Part shown: positions 10,808 to 20,400 of the stretch, piece after piece
Numbering within the stretch: position 1 is the stretch's first letter
Layout of the letters: every line of letters begins with the position of its first letter
From: Rhynchopus sp. YZ270_cl-10
Lineage: Eukaryota
DNA: 64,000 nt
Reading direction: 5' to 3'
Assembly: GCA_964035575.1 (NCBI GenBank)
Contig: OZ037835.1
Location: forward strand, 1,178,001-1,242,000
Made by a program: the position numbers and the translations under genes
Notes under the pieces: model-generated
What the model was told of the DNA's origin: nothing
Databases searched by the model: none
The model's input: the letters and a program-made list of their open reading frames with translations, nothing else

Positions 10808-11215
10808 CAGTGCTACCAACGCGACAAGAGATTCTAGTCGCGCGACAAAGTGCCACTTGTCGCGCTGTCGCGCCCAAAAAAAATTTTTTTTTTCGACATC
10901 ACAAAAATTTTCACCAAAAAAAAAAAAAATTTTTTTTTTTGGGTGTGGGCGATTTTGGAAAAAAAAATCCAAAAAAAAAAATCCAGAAAAAACCATCGCA
11001 GACGGTACAGTAGCGACGTAAGCAAAAGCCATCATTTTTTGACCAAAATTTTGCTAAGTACCCGGAAAAAACGCGATTTTTCCTAACAAAAAAAAAAAAA
11101 AAAGTGTCTCAAAATGGAAAAAAAAAATTTTCGATTTTTGCGACAACTCATTTTGTCGCGCTGTCGCGGGTGGTTTGTCGCGAGTCGCGCGCGACTTGTC
11201 GCGTTGGTAGCACTG
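10808..11215 (-). mobile_element. 408-bp MITE at the same LINE position as 5923-6330
   Basis: TSD CTCGGAG at 10801-10807 and 11216-11222. Confidence 0.95.
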
Positions 11216-14200
11216 CTCGGAGGAGAGTCGCTGGGCGGCGGAGAGCCAGTTGTTGAGCGTGAGGGAGGCGGAGGTGTAGCCGCAGGCCGCTTTCCCTGGC
11301 GTGTCGGTGTGACGCCGAAACAACTCGAACGCAGTTACGGCGTCCAATCGCATCAGGTCCACTATCGGGGTCAGGCGTGCCTCCCACAGCAATTTGGCGC
11401 GAGACGTAGGCAAAGGACATCCGGTGATGATACGCGCCGCGGCGTTGTGTTCGGCCTCCAGCTTGTCCATCAGGTGTGTTGACAGCTGTGGACCGTATAT
11501 GCCAAGAGCATAGCGGATCAGGGGAAGTACGTATGTGAGATAGGTGGTGCGGAGGGTGTGTGTGTTAGCTCCCCACGTGGTTCCAGACAACATCTTCATC
11601 AGACCGAGCCTTTTTTGCACCCTGGTGATGACTGCGGTGGTGTGTGCCTCCATCGTCAAGGACGGATCCAGCGTCAATCCCAGGTATTTGGGTGTGGCGG
11701 AGTAGGGCACCCGAATACCGTTCCTCAGCCAAAGTTCTGTGTCGGCCGCTAACGGGTACTTGTTGAGGACGTTTCTTGTGCCGAAGAAGGTGAAGACGGT
11801 CTTTGTGCTGGAGAGGCGCATTCCGAGTGGCTCCATCGCCGCTGTGACACGGTTGATGACCGCTTGCGCCAATTCTTGCACTTCCCCTAATGTTTCCCCT
11901 TGCACGGTGACTGCCATGTCGTCGGCGAAGAATGTGGGATATGTTGCACTGAGGTCGTCGAGCGCTTCCGCAACTTCGTCCATAGCAGCGAGGAAAAGGA
12001 GGGGTGACAGTACTGTACCCTGCGGTACTCCAGCTCTCATCACGTACTGCGCACTCTTTGCTCCATCCACTGAAACACAGGCGGAGCGGTCACTGGTGAA
12101 GGCTTCAATCCAGTTGAGGTAGCGTGGTGGCAGGTGCTGCTTGTGCTTCAGCGCCTGGAGTATGCGCTTGCGAGACACAGTGTCGAACGCCTTTTCTACG
12201 TCGAAGAAGAGTGCGATGGTGGGGCGGTTCTTCCCCGCATTCACCCGCTGCATGAGCGCCGCGAGCTGGTCTATCGTGGAGAGACGACGGCGGAAACCTG
12301 CTTGTGTGCGGTGTGGGCCCCTGTACTGCGGCAGGTCCGGACTGTCTTGCATCTGGGTGATGCGGCACTTGACCATCTTCTCCAAGAGTTTGCAGACGTT
12401 GCTCGTAAGAGAGATGGGGCGGTACGACGCGGGGATGCTGGCGTCCTTCCCGTTCTTAGCGATGGGCACGATGTTGCTCTGCAGCCACGATGTAGGGAGT
12501 TCACCTTTGCACCAGGATAAGTTGAGGACGTGGAGTAAGGCGTCTCGTCCTTTGGGCCCAAGATGCAGCAAGAGCTCGTTGTGCATCTCGTCCAGCCCAG
12601 GTGCTTTGCCCAGCTTCAGCGAGCTCATCGCGTAATCGAGCTCCGGCAAGGTGAAGGGAGCTTCGCTTGCCGCTCCGGTGTAGCCCGCGCTCTGTGTGTT
12701 GTTGCGCCTAGCAGTACGCTGCGGGTTGGCGAGAGAAGGGGGCGTGCCGTCTCCACTCACTGCGGCGAAGTAGCGGGCCAGGGTGTTCGCTTTTTCCTGC
12801 GGTGTGTTCGTCAGAGGGCCCTCCGGGGTAGCGACTGCTTTGGTGATGGGTTTCACCCGGTCACCACTGAGCTCCTTCAACCTCCGGAAAGTGCTGCTGA
12901 GAGGTGGTGGTGTGGCGGCGTTGCAGCTACGCACCCATGCCTGCTGCTTCGCATCCATGATGGCACAGGAGGTGGCGACCTTCAGCTCTTTCAGCTTTTC
13001 GGCTTGGACGTCGCGTTCCGTCTCGTCCGCGGAGAGAAGTAGTTCCGTCACTGCGTTGCGTTCTTGCAGCAATTCATGGACCTGAGGAGTGAACCACGAC
13101 TTCCTGACCCTTGGTGTGGAGGTGTGGTGGGAGAGTGGGATGTGTTTTTCTGCGATGTTTTTGCACAATCCCGTGAACCTGTTCACCGCATCTACACCAC
13201 CCCAGTTGTGGGCCTTGGGGGCGTAACGCTCCAGCTCTGCCGTGTACGCCTCCCAATCCGCACGTGACCAGCACCATCTCAGCAGGTGTTCGGGCACTGT
13301 CGCGTCTTCGTCGCCTCCGTTCACTTCCTCCCCTTCCGTCGGAGGTTGCACTGTGACTAGGATGGGGAGGTGGTCGGAGCCTCGTGCGCAAAGTGTGGTC
13401 CATGTGGCTTCTACGTTCCTGTGTACCAAGGTGATGTCCGGTGAGGAGAAGACTGTTCCGGAGAAGCGCGTGACTGTGTTGGGGCAGTTGAGCACCTGCA
13501 TGGCGTTGCGCAGCGACCACTGGTGTAGCTGTGACCCTTTGGCATCTGGCTTCGCTTGGAGGTCCCACGCAGGGTGGTGGACGTTGAAGTCACCGAGGAT
13601 GATGGAGTCTTCGTCGGAGGGGAGGTCATCTGCAGAGAAGTCGTCCACACGCAGGTCATCAGCGCTGCTGCCTACACCTCCAGGTCGGTACAGGTTCGTC
13701 ACCGTGTACTCCCGATGCTCCGTCGTCACCCTCACGTCAAGACGCTCCGTCACACTTGGCTCCCCGCTGGCCCAGGTGAGGGAGGCTTGGTGGCTTGTGT
13801 GCACCAGCGTGGCTATGCCGCCTCCGGAGTACAGGCTGCCATTGGGGGTGCGGCGTTGCGTGCGCTTCCGGAGGAAGGGGGTGTAGCCCGGGAACGCGGG
13901 CAGTGCTGTCTGCGCCTCCTTCAGCTCCTGCAGAGCCACCACATCGAAGTGCTCCGAGTTCAGTAACTCCTGCAGCTCCTCTTCCCGTTGCTCGGTCAGC
14001 CCGTTGCAGTTGAAGCTGATCAGCTTCAGGGCTTCCTCTGGTCCGGGGTTCTGCTCTACGTCGCCGCACCTCAGGAGAAGTAGACGTCTCAGGTGTAGGA
14101 GGTGGCGTCGTCCCTCAGATGGTTGCAGCTGTTGGTGCAGTTGTTGGTGCTGTTGCTGTTGCTGCTGCTGGTGATGTTGTCGTTGTTGTTGTTGCTGTTG

Positions 14201-15523
14201 CCGTTGTTGTTGTAGCTGTCGTTGCTGCTGTTGATGCTGCTGGTGATGTTGCTGTTGTTGTTGTCGTGTAAGCGGCCACTGCTGTTGATGCTGCTGTTGT
14301 TGCTGCTGGTGATGTTGTTGTTGTTGCTGTCGTATTAGGTGCCTCTGCTGTTGTTGCTGCTGATGTTGTTGTTGTTGGTGCTGCTGTACCGGTACATGTT
14401 TTGTTTTGTGGGGTGTAAGGGGGATGAGTTTGTGTGTAGTTGGAGGAGGTTGGATTAGGGAGGGTGGGGTTGGAGAGATAGGGAGGGGGGTGGTGGTATG
14501 GTCTACACGACGAGTTTGATCCCCTTGTTGCTGGACCGCGGCGACCGCACCGTTATCCCCCCCGGTATCGTCCGGGCTGTGGGGGAGCTGTCCCCAGTCT
14601 TGGCGGACGTGTTCCGCGCGTGCTCCTCTCCCACCCTCGCCCTTTTCCCTTTGGGCGTTTTCCTGGGGGATCCAGACGGTAGCGGTGTCTTTGACGAAGG
14701 CGTTTTGCCTTCTGTCATTTCTTCGTCGTCTTCTGTGCCGATGTTGGTGTCGACACTTAGTTTTGCACCGCCTTTCTTTCCGGGTCTTGTGCTCTTGGGG
14801 AGGAGCTTTTCTAGGCTTAGCGATAACCCTTGGCTGATTTGTTCGAAGCCTTCGGCTAAGCCCACCCTCAATTGTGACGCGAGGTTTTCCTGATTTGTAG
14901 AGAGAGCTTCCACTCTCTTTTCCAAATCGGAAAACCTCGCGTCCCAAACTGAGGGTCCGGTCGCTGGTACGCTCCCCTTTCCCTTGCCTCCCTTGTTCCC
15001 CTTCCCGCTTCCCTTTCCACCCATGTTCTCGTTCCCATCGCCTCCCACCGTTTTGGGGGACGTTGCATTCTGGCCGAGCCCTACTCCCATTGGGAGGGAT
15101 GCACTGTGTGCCTGCTTCCCCCCTTCCCCGCTCTTTGCTCCTCCCCTGCCCCCGCCCTGACCCTTTGCTCCTGGGCTTTGGTAGCCCTTTCCTCTCCCCC
15201 TCCCCTTTCCTCCTTTTTGTGTCTGTGAGGTCGTGTTTTTTTTGTGTGGGGGGAATTTTGCATGGATCGCTGGTGTGCAGACGATCACATGCTCCCCAAA
15301 TGTGAAGGAGGGTGGGGGTGGTGGTTGTGCATGCATTGCGACCAGGAGTGTGTGTGTGTGTGTGCCCCCGGGTGCTGTTTCCCTGCGAGTGCTTCTCCCT
15401 CTGATGTGGCGTCCCGTTTGGGAAATTGCCGACACTAGGTCCTCGGGTGTGCACGTGGTGGGTAAGCCGGTGAGCCTGTAGCTTGCCTCCCCTGCCCTTT
15501 CCGCCTTTCCCACTGTTTCCCAT
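11054..15523 (-). CDS. LINE-A copy 2 ORF2/pol 5' part (2A-APE-RT)
   Basis: Translation identical to 1615-6084. Confidence 0.9.
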   Translation of the reverse strand: MGNSGKGGKGRGGKLQAHRLTHHVHTRGPSVGNFPNGTPHQREKHSQGNSTRGHTHTHTPGRNACTTTTPTLLHIWGACDRLHTSDPCKIPPTQKKHDLTDTKRRKGEGERKGLPKPRSKGSGRGQGRSKERGRGEAGTQCIPPNGSRARPECNVPQNGGRRWEREHGWKGKREGEQGRQGKGERTSDRTLSLGREVFRFGKESGSSLYKSGKPRVTIEGGLSRRLRTNQPRVIAKPRKAPPQEHKTRKERRCKTKCRHQHRHRRRRRNDRRQNAFVKDTATVWIPQENAQREKGEGGRGARAEHVRQDWGQLPHSPDDTGGDNGAVAAVQQQGDQTRRVDHTTTPLPISPTPPSLIQPPPTTHKLIPLTPHKTKHVPVQQHQQQQHQQQQQQRHLIRQQQQQHHQQQQQQHQQQWPLTRQQQQQHHQQHQQQQRQLQQQRQQQQQQRQHHQQQQQQQHQQLHQQLQPSEGRRHLLHLRRLLLLRCGDVEQNPGPEEALKLISFNCNGLTEQREEELQELLNSEHFDVVALQELKEAQTALPAFPGYTPFLRKRTQRRTPNGSLYSGGGIATLVHTSHQASLTWASGEPSVTERLDVRVTTEHREYTVTNLYRPGGVGSSADDLRVDDFSADDLPSDEDSIILGDFNVHHPAWDLQAKPDAKGSQLHQWSLRNAMQVLNCPNTVTRFSGTVFSSPDITLVHRNVEATWTTLCARGSDHLPILVTVQPPTEGEEVNGGDEDATVPEHLLRWCWSRADWEAYTAELERYAPKAHNWGGVDAVNRFTGLCKNIAEKHIPLSHHTSTPRVRKSWFTPQVHELLQERNAVTELLLSADETERDVQAEKLKELKVATSCAIMDAKQQAWVRSCNAATPPPLSSTFRRLKELSGDRVKPITKAVATPEGPLTNTPQEKANTLARYFAAVSGDGTPPSLANPQRTARRNNTQSAGYTGAASEAPFTLPELDYAMSSLKLGKAPGLDEMHNELLLHLGPKGRDALLHVLNLSWCKGELPTSWLQSNIVPIAKNGKDASIPASYRPISLTSNVCKLLEKMVKCRITQMQDSPDLPQYRGPHRTQAGFRRRLSTIDQLAALMQRVNAGKNRPTIALFFDVEKAFDTVSRKRILQALKHKQHLPPRYLNWIEAFTSDRSACVSVDGAKSAQYVMRAGVPQGTVLSPLLFLAAMDEVAEALDDLSATYPTFFADDMAVTVQGETLGEVQELAQAVINRVTAAMEPLGMRLSSTKTVFTFFGTRNVLNKYPLAADTELWLRNGIRVPYSATPKYLGLTLDPSLTMEAHTTAVITRVQKRLGLMKMLSGTTWGANTHTLRTTYLTYVLPLIRYALGIYGPQLSTHLMDKLEAEHNAAARIITGCPLPTSRAKLLWEARLTPIVDLMRLDAVTAFELFRRHTDTPGKAACGYTSASLTLNNWLSAAQRLSSEQCYQRDKSRATRDKPPATARQNELSQKSKIFFFHFETLFFFFLLGKIAFFPGT

Positions 15524-16032
15524 GCCTTCACTTCGTCCTTTTTTGGGACAACGATCCCGAAATCCCCTAATCTACCCATTACCACCCTCCCCTGTACTCT
15601 TTCCGAGTGCTCCAGCGTTTCGTCGTAGGACGCTTCTGGCCAAATGACCGACGTAAGTCCGTCATTTGAGTTGGTGCGGGCGGGGCGTATGAACACCCCG
15701 TTCACACCGGAGAAAGATAGTATGGGGGCTTCGGGGGATGGGATTCCCTCAAAATAAAATTTAAAAATATGTTGAGAGGAGGGTTCTCTTCTTTTGAGGG
15801 TGAGGGGGGAGACTGACATACGGTGTTGCGAGAGGACTTGCCTCGCCTTCTCGTCTGCGTTCTTCTCCCACTCGTGCGCGTCATGCGCCGACCGCGACAC
15901 TTCCAGCAGGAAGCCTTCTGCTTCCGCTAGCCGTGCCGCGGCTGCTGGCGTTGCCGCCGGGTTCCGGAGCGTGAGGGAGGGTGCCGGCTGCGTCTCTGCA
16001 TCTACGTCCATGGCGTGATCCGGTGAGGTCAT
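14503..16032 (-). CDS. LINE-A copy 2 ORF1
   Basis: Translation identical to 1106-2635. Confidence 0.8.
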   Translation of the reverse strand: MTSPDHAMDVDAETQPAPSLTLRNPAATPAAAARLAEAEGFLLEVSRSAHDAHEWEKNADEKARQVLSQHRMSVSPLTLKRREPSSQHIFKFYFEGIPSPEAPILSFSGVNGVFIRPARTNSNDGLTSVIWPEASYDETLEHSERVQGRVVMGRLGDFGIVVPKKDEVKAWETVGKAERAGEASYRLTGLPTTCTPEDLVSAISQTGRHIRGRSTRRETAPGGTHTHTLLVAMHAQPPPPPSFTFGEHVIVCTPAIHAKFPPHKKNTTSQTQKGGKGRGRGKGYQSPGAKGQGGGRGGAKSGEGGKQAHSASLPMGVGLGQNATSPKTVGGDGNENMGGKGSGKGNKGGKGKGSVPATGPSVWDARFSDLEKRVEALSTNQENLASQLRVGLAEGFEQISQGLSLSLEKLLPKSTRPGKKGGAKLSVDTNIGTEDDEEMTEGKTPSSKTPLPSGSPRKTPKGKRARVGEEHARNTSAKTGDSSPTARTIPGGITVRSPRSSNKGIKLVV

Positions 16033-17238
16033 GTTGTGGGGGGTGGGATTAGCAAAGGGTAGGTGGGCGTGCGGAGGTTGTTGAAGGGGGGAAAGGAAAC
16101 AAAAGCAGACTTACCAGGTCAAAAGCGAATAGCAGGCAAAAGTATAATAGGTATTACACTTAAAATAAAAATAAAAATAAAAATAAAAATAAAGTAATGT
16201 TAGAAGACCCTGTTTCTCCTGATCGCAGTTCTTAGTCGGTCACTCTTCTTGACCGTCCAGGGTTGCCACGGGGAGGCGACTGCGGTAGGTATAAAAGGGG
16301 TGAGGTGGTAAAAAGTAAATAAGTAAAAACAGGGTGGCACGTGGTGTTGTGTAATGTGTATAAACCCCTTTTCCGGTGATCAATTGTTTTGGCTTTGTGT
16401 TTCATGTCGTGGTCAGAGAAGGGCGTACCTTATGACCCAAAGAGAAAGTAAACGTGTGTTGTGTGTCATCATGTCCGGGTGGCCGCATCAACGGTTTCTG
16501 GAAAGATCTACCGTAGTAGTCGCCGTCAACCTGCCCGTCTCCAGAAGTTTGTCCACATGCACCAGGTAGACACATGCAGTTTCCAAAGGTGAGCCTAGGG
16601 TCTTTTTGCACTGACTTTGGGGCCACAATACATTGCCTCACCCTAAGTCAGCGGGACGTTGCGCTACGGAGGGGTGTCCATGTCCAATCCTTGAGAATGC
16701 ATCCACGGGCGGTCAAGAAAGGTTCTGAAGTCCCCCCATACCTTCCCAGCCAAAGCCTTCGGGCGGTCAAAGAACTCCTTCCCCTTTCCCCATACCTACT
16801 AGGATACATTCGCTCACGACTTAGCAGTTTAAGGTCATACTCAGGACCAGCGTTTGGTAACCACCCGTTGCGGTTAACGCGTGCAACGCATATGCATAGC
16901 GTTGTGTGTATCGTATACGAAGACCGTAGTGTGTAACGCACGTGTAGACCGTTCCGTTTGTAACCCTCCAGAGGTCTCAAGGGATTCCCTTGAGAGCACC
17001 AAAAATTCCCGCGAGAGAATGTTCGTTTTGGTGACTGAAACCGGCCAAAAACTTTTTAAAACGGCCCACAACCTGGTTTCTGCGACTCGAAAAGCGTATC
17101 CGCATGCTTTTGGGCGTCCGTAGGCCACAAACGATGGTACCCATGTGGGCCGAAAAACCTACGTGTTTGTACACAAAACACCACAAAAGCGCTTGTTTGC
17201 AGGCAGTTCGGGTCGAAAACGACCTCTTCGGGTCACAA

Positions 17239-17374
17239 AGCTACATCCCTCCCTCCCTTGGCCCTCGGGCTGCCCTTTCGGGAGGTCAGGGCGCCCTCGG
17301 GCCTTCGGCCCTCGGGCTGCCCTGACCTCCCTCAAGGGCGCCCTCGGGCTCTGGCGGGAGGGAGGGAAATAGCT
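17239..17374 (-). other. ~135-bp imperfect palindrome with GAA triloop and repeated tandem GA/GA mismatches on the minus strand
   Basis: Minus-strand core GCCC-GA-GGGCC-GAA-GGCCC-GA-GGGC. Arms pair out to AGCT...AGCT. Confidence 0.8.
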
Positions 17375-17458
17375 ATATCACAACCACACGAGCCAGCGAA
17401 GTGTCACAGCGGCGCAGGTGTTGCGTTAACGCGATGGGTTAAACTCGTAGCATGCTTT

Positions 17459-17683
17459 CGTACAGATCGCTACGTACACATCGGTTGCGTTGCGTTGTAT
17501 GCGTTGCGTTCGTTGCATACAGATCGCTACGTACGCATCGGTTGCGTTGCGTTGTATGCGTTGCGTTCGTTGCATACAGATCGCTACGTACGCATCGGTT
17601 GCGTTGCGTTGCATGCGTTGCGTTCGTTGCATACAGATCGCTACGTACGCATCGGTTGCGTTGCGTTGCATGCGTTGCGTTCG
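17459..17683 (+). repeat. Satellite II, 57-bp unit, about 4 copies
   Basis: TACAGATCGCTACGTAC(A/G)CATCGGTTGCG... with period 57 (17461, 17518, 17575, 17632). Confidence 0.95.
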
Positions 17684-18581
17684 TTTTTTTTTTTTTTTTT
17701 TTTTTTTCTCTTTGGCCTTTAGTGGTCTTTTTATTGCGATAGGTTAGTACACAATGAACAAAAAGCAAGGTGGGCGCACCACTCAAACAAAATGAACAGA
17801 ACACAAAAGGTGGGCACGGCCCAGGGTATCTCATTACACCTCCCCTGACGTTGGTCTCCTGCTTGCTTGAGAGGCCGGGGAATCACTTTGGAGTCAAACA
17901 ACTCGTACGCGAGGATACCTCCCCTAAAACTGGAAAATACAAATGGAGTGGTGCGCGCAGTAATGTAAGCGGTGTCGTGGCGTGCTTAGCCAAAGGTATA
18001 CGCTTAAAAGTCACTCAAAAAAAAAAAAAATAAAAGGGAATATGCATTGTGTAAGTATAACTAGTGTGTATTTATATGGGGCGGTGTGGAAAGTGAAACG
18101 TAAGGCAGCAAATAGGGTACACACAGCTCGCCCCCATCACACGCTTTCCCCCTTTCATATCCCAAGATAGCACCCAGGGCGCAATCGATTTTAACATCAA
18201 CAAAATGCAGTGACTGGTGTGTTTGTGTGTCTTTAGGGGCGAGGGGGCGGGCAGAGTGAGAGGCAGGCATCTGTGGCAGTCGCAAACCCCCACCAGGAGC
18301 CCTGATCTCTTAGGTAGGTTTGTGTTGTGGCGGCGTACACGATTTGCCCTTGTTGGGGTGTTGGTGGCGTTCTTTTGGGGCATGTGGCTCGTGTTATTAC
18401 CTATGAGACTCGGACACCCAGCAGAGGCGCAACTTCCACTTCAGATACCCATCGCTCTCCCCACCCCTCCTCCCCTTGTCGTCGCATTTGCCTGTGCCGC
18501 AATCGGGTGTGCTTAGGGTACTACATCGGGCCACGGGCAGGGGCTGAGTCTGGGGGTTGTCGTGGCAGAAAAATAAACTAG
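17684..18581 (-). mobile_element. 5'-truncated LINE-A 3'-UTR copy with polyA, attached to satellite II
   Basis: Reverse complement of ~8557-9463. T24 at 17684-17707. Confidence 0.9.
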
Positions 18582-18915
18582 TTTTTTTTTTTTTTTTTTT
18601 TTTTTTTCTCTTTGGCCTTTAGTGGTCTTTTTATTGCGATAGGTTAGTACACAATGAACAAAAAGCAAGGTGGGCGCACCACTCAAACAAAATGAACAGA
18701 ACACAAAAGGTGGGCACGGCCCAGGGTATCTCATTACACCTCCCCTGACGTTGGTCTCCTGCTTGCTTGAGAGGCCGGGGAATCACTTTGGAGTCAAACA
18801 ACTCGTACGCGAGGATACCTCCCCTAAAACTGGAAAATACAAATGGAGTGGTGCGCGCAGTAATGTAAGCGGTGTCGTGGCGTGCTTAGCCAAAGGTATA
18901 CGCTTAAAAGTCACT

Positions 18916-18956
<41 letters not shown>
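18582..18956 (-). mobile_element. Second, shorter LINE-A 3' fragment joined head-to-tail to the previous one
   Basis: T26 at 18582-18607, match to ~9132-9440, then A40 matching the expanded internal T-run. Confidence 0.88.
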
Positions 18957-18960
<4 letters not shown>

Positions 18961-19075
18961 TGTGGCAGGGGCGTGGCGGTCGCGTGGCAGCCACGCTTGC
19001 CACGCTTTCTCCTGGTCAACGTGGCGGTACCCCTGCCACACCTGCCACGTCTGCCACATGTGGGAGCGGCGATTT
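18957..19075. repeat. Cluster of GTGGC/GCCAC motifs in both orientations (possibly transposon subterminal sequence)
   Basis: About 9 motifs seen directly. The parent element was not delimited. Confidence 0.4.
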
Positions 19076-19833
19076 CTGTGCTAACTGAACTCTGAAAAAT
19101 TTTTTTGTGAGCACCCTATTTTGACGATTTGAGCTCATTAAAAGCAAAATCGGGCACTTTTGAGCATCTGTGGTCATCTAAAACGCGGTTTTGAGTTTCC
19201 GCCCTTAACTGGTACCTCAGAAAGTAGTTGTCGAAAAAAAAATTTTTCGAAAAAAAAAAATTTTTTTTTTCGCAAAGGGAAATCTCAGGCTACCCCTGAT
19301 AGTGGATCCTTGGGTGTCCAAAAGTGCAAAAAAAACGCAAAATTTTGATGTTTTGACCACCTGTGGGCACCTAAAACGCACTTCTCTGCCCAAAAAACGG
19401 ACCCCGATTTTTTCCTGAGCGTTTTTATGACTGTGAAATTTTTGAAATTTTTGTCTCGAAAATTTCAATTTTCGCAAAGGCAAAATTGAGTTATTTTGAT
19501 GATTTTTTGCAGAAAAATGCAGGGAAATTGCTTAAAAAGGCTCAAAAGTTGAAAATTCTGGCTTTATTTGAAAGATTGGGCCAGAACTAGGAAAAAAGGG
19601 CCAAAAAAAAAAAAATAAGGATCGTAAGGGAAAACCGAATTTCGCAATTTTCAAATTTTTCAATTTTTTTGTCTTTGCGAAAATTTCGCTTTTTCTAAGG
19701 TAAAATTGCGTTTTTTTGATTATTCCCTGCAGAAATACGCAGGGAAATAGTTGACGGTCTTGAAAACACTTCGCTGGCTGGTGTGTCAAACGGTATGTGT
19801 ATGGTTTGCACGTAACGCTCTACGTTTTCGATA

Positions 19834-20400
19834 CGATCTGTATGCAACAAACGCAACGCAACGAACGCAACGCATGCAACGCAACGCAACCGATGTGTAC
19901 GTAGCGATCTGTATGCAACGAACGCAACGCATGCAACGCAACGCAACCGGTGTGTACGTTACGATCTGCATGCAACGAACGCAACGCATGCAACGCAACG
20001 CAACCGATGTGTACGTAGCGATCTGTATGCAACGAACGCAACGCATGCAACGCAACGCATGCAACGTAACGCAACCGATGCGTACGTAGCGATCTGTATG
20101 CAACGAACGCAACGCATGCAACGCAACGCAACCGGTGTGTACGTTACGATCTGCATGCAACGAACGCAACGCATGCAACGCAACGCAACCGATGTGTACG
20201 TAGCGATCTGTATGCAACGAACGCAACGCATGCAACGCAACGCATGCAACGTAACGCAACCGATGCGTACGTAGCGATCTGTATGCAACGAACGCAACGC
20301 ATGCAACGCAACGCAACCGATGTGTACGTAGCGATCTGTATGCAACGAACGCAACGCATGCAACGCAACGCATGCAACGCAACGCAACCGATGCGTACGC
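19834..20400 (-). repeat. Satellite II array, inverted relative to 17459-17683 (about 57-67-bp units)
   Basis: CGATCTGTATGCAACGAACGCAACGCATGCAACGCAACGCAACCGATGTGTACGTAG repeated about 9 times. Confidence 0.95.

Larger units (their letters stand above)
9552..16849 (-). mobile_element. LINE-A copy 2, inverted, 5'-complete and 3'-truncated, carrying two MITEs
   Basis: Reverse complement of 290-7171 with identical ORF translations. It stops after the RNase H core and lacks the CCHC, 3' UTR and polyA. Confidence 0.93.
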
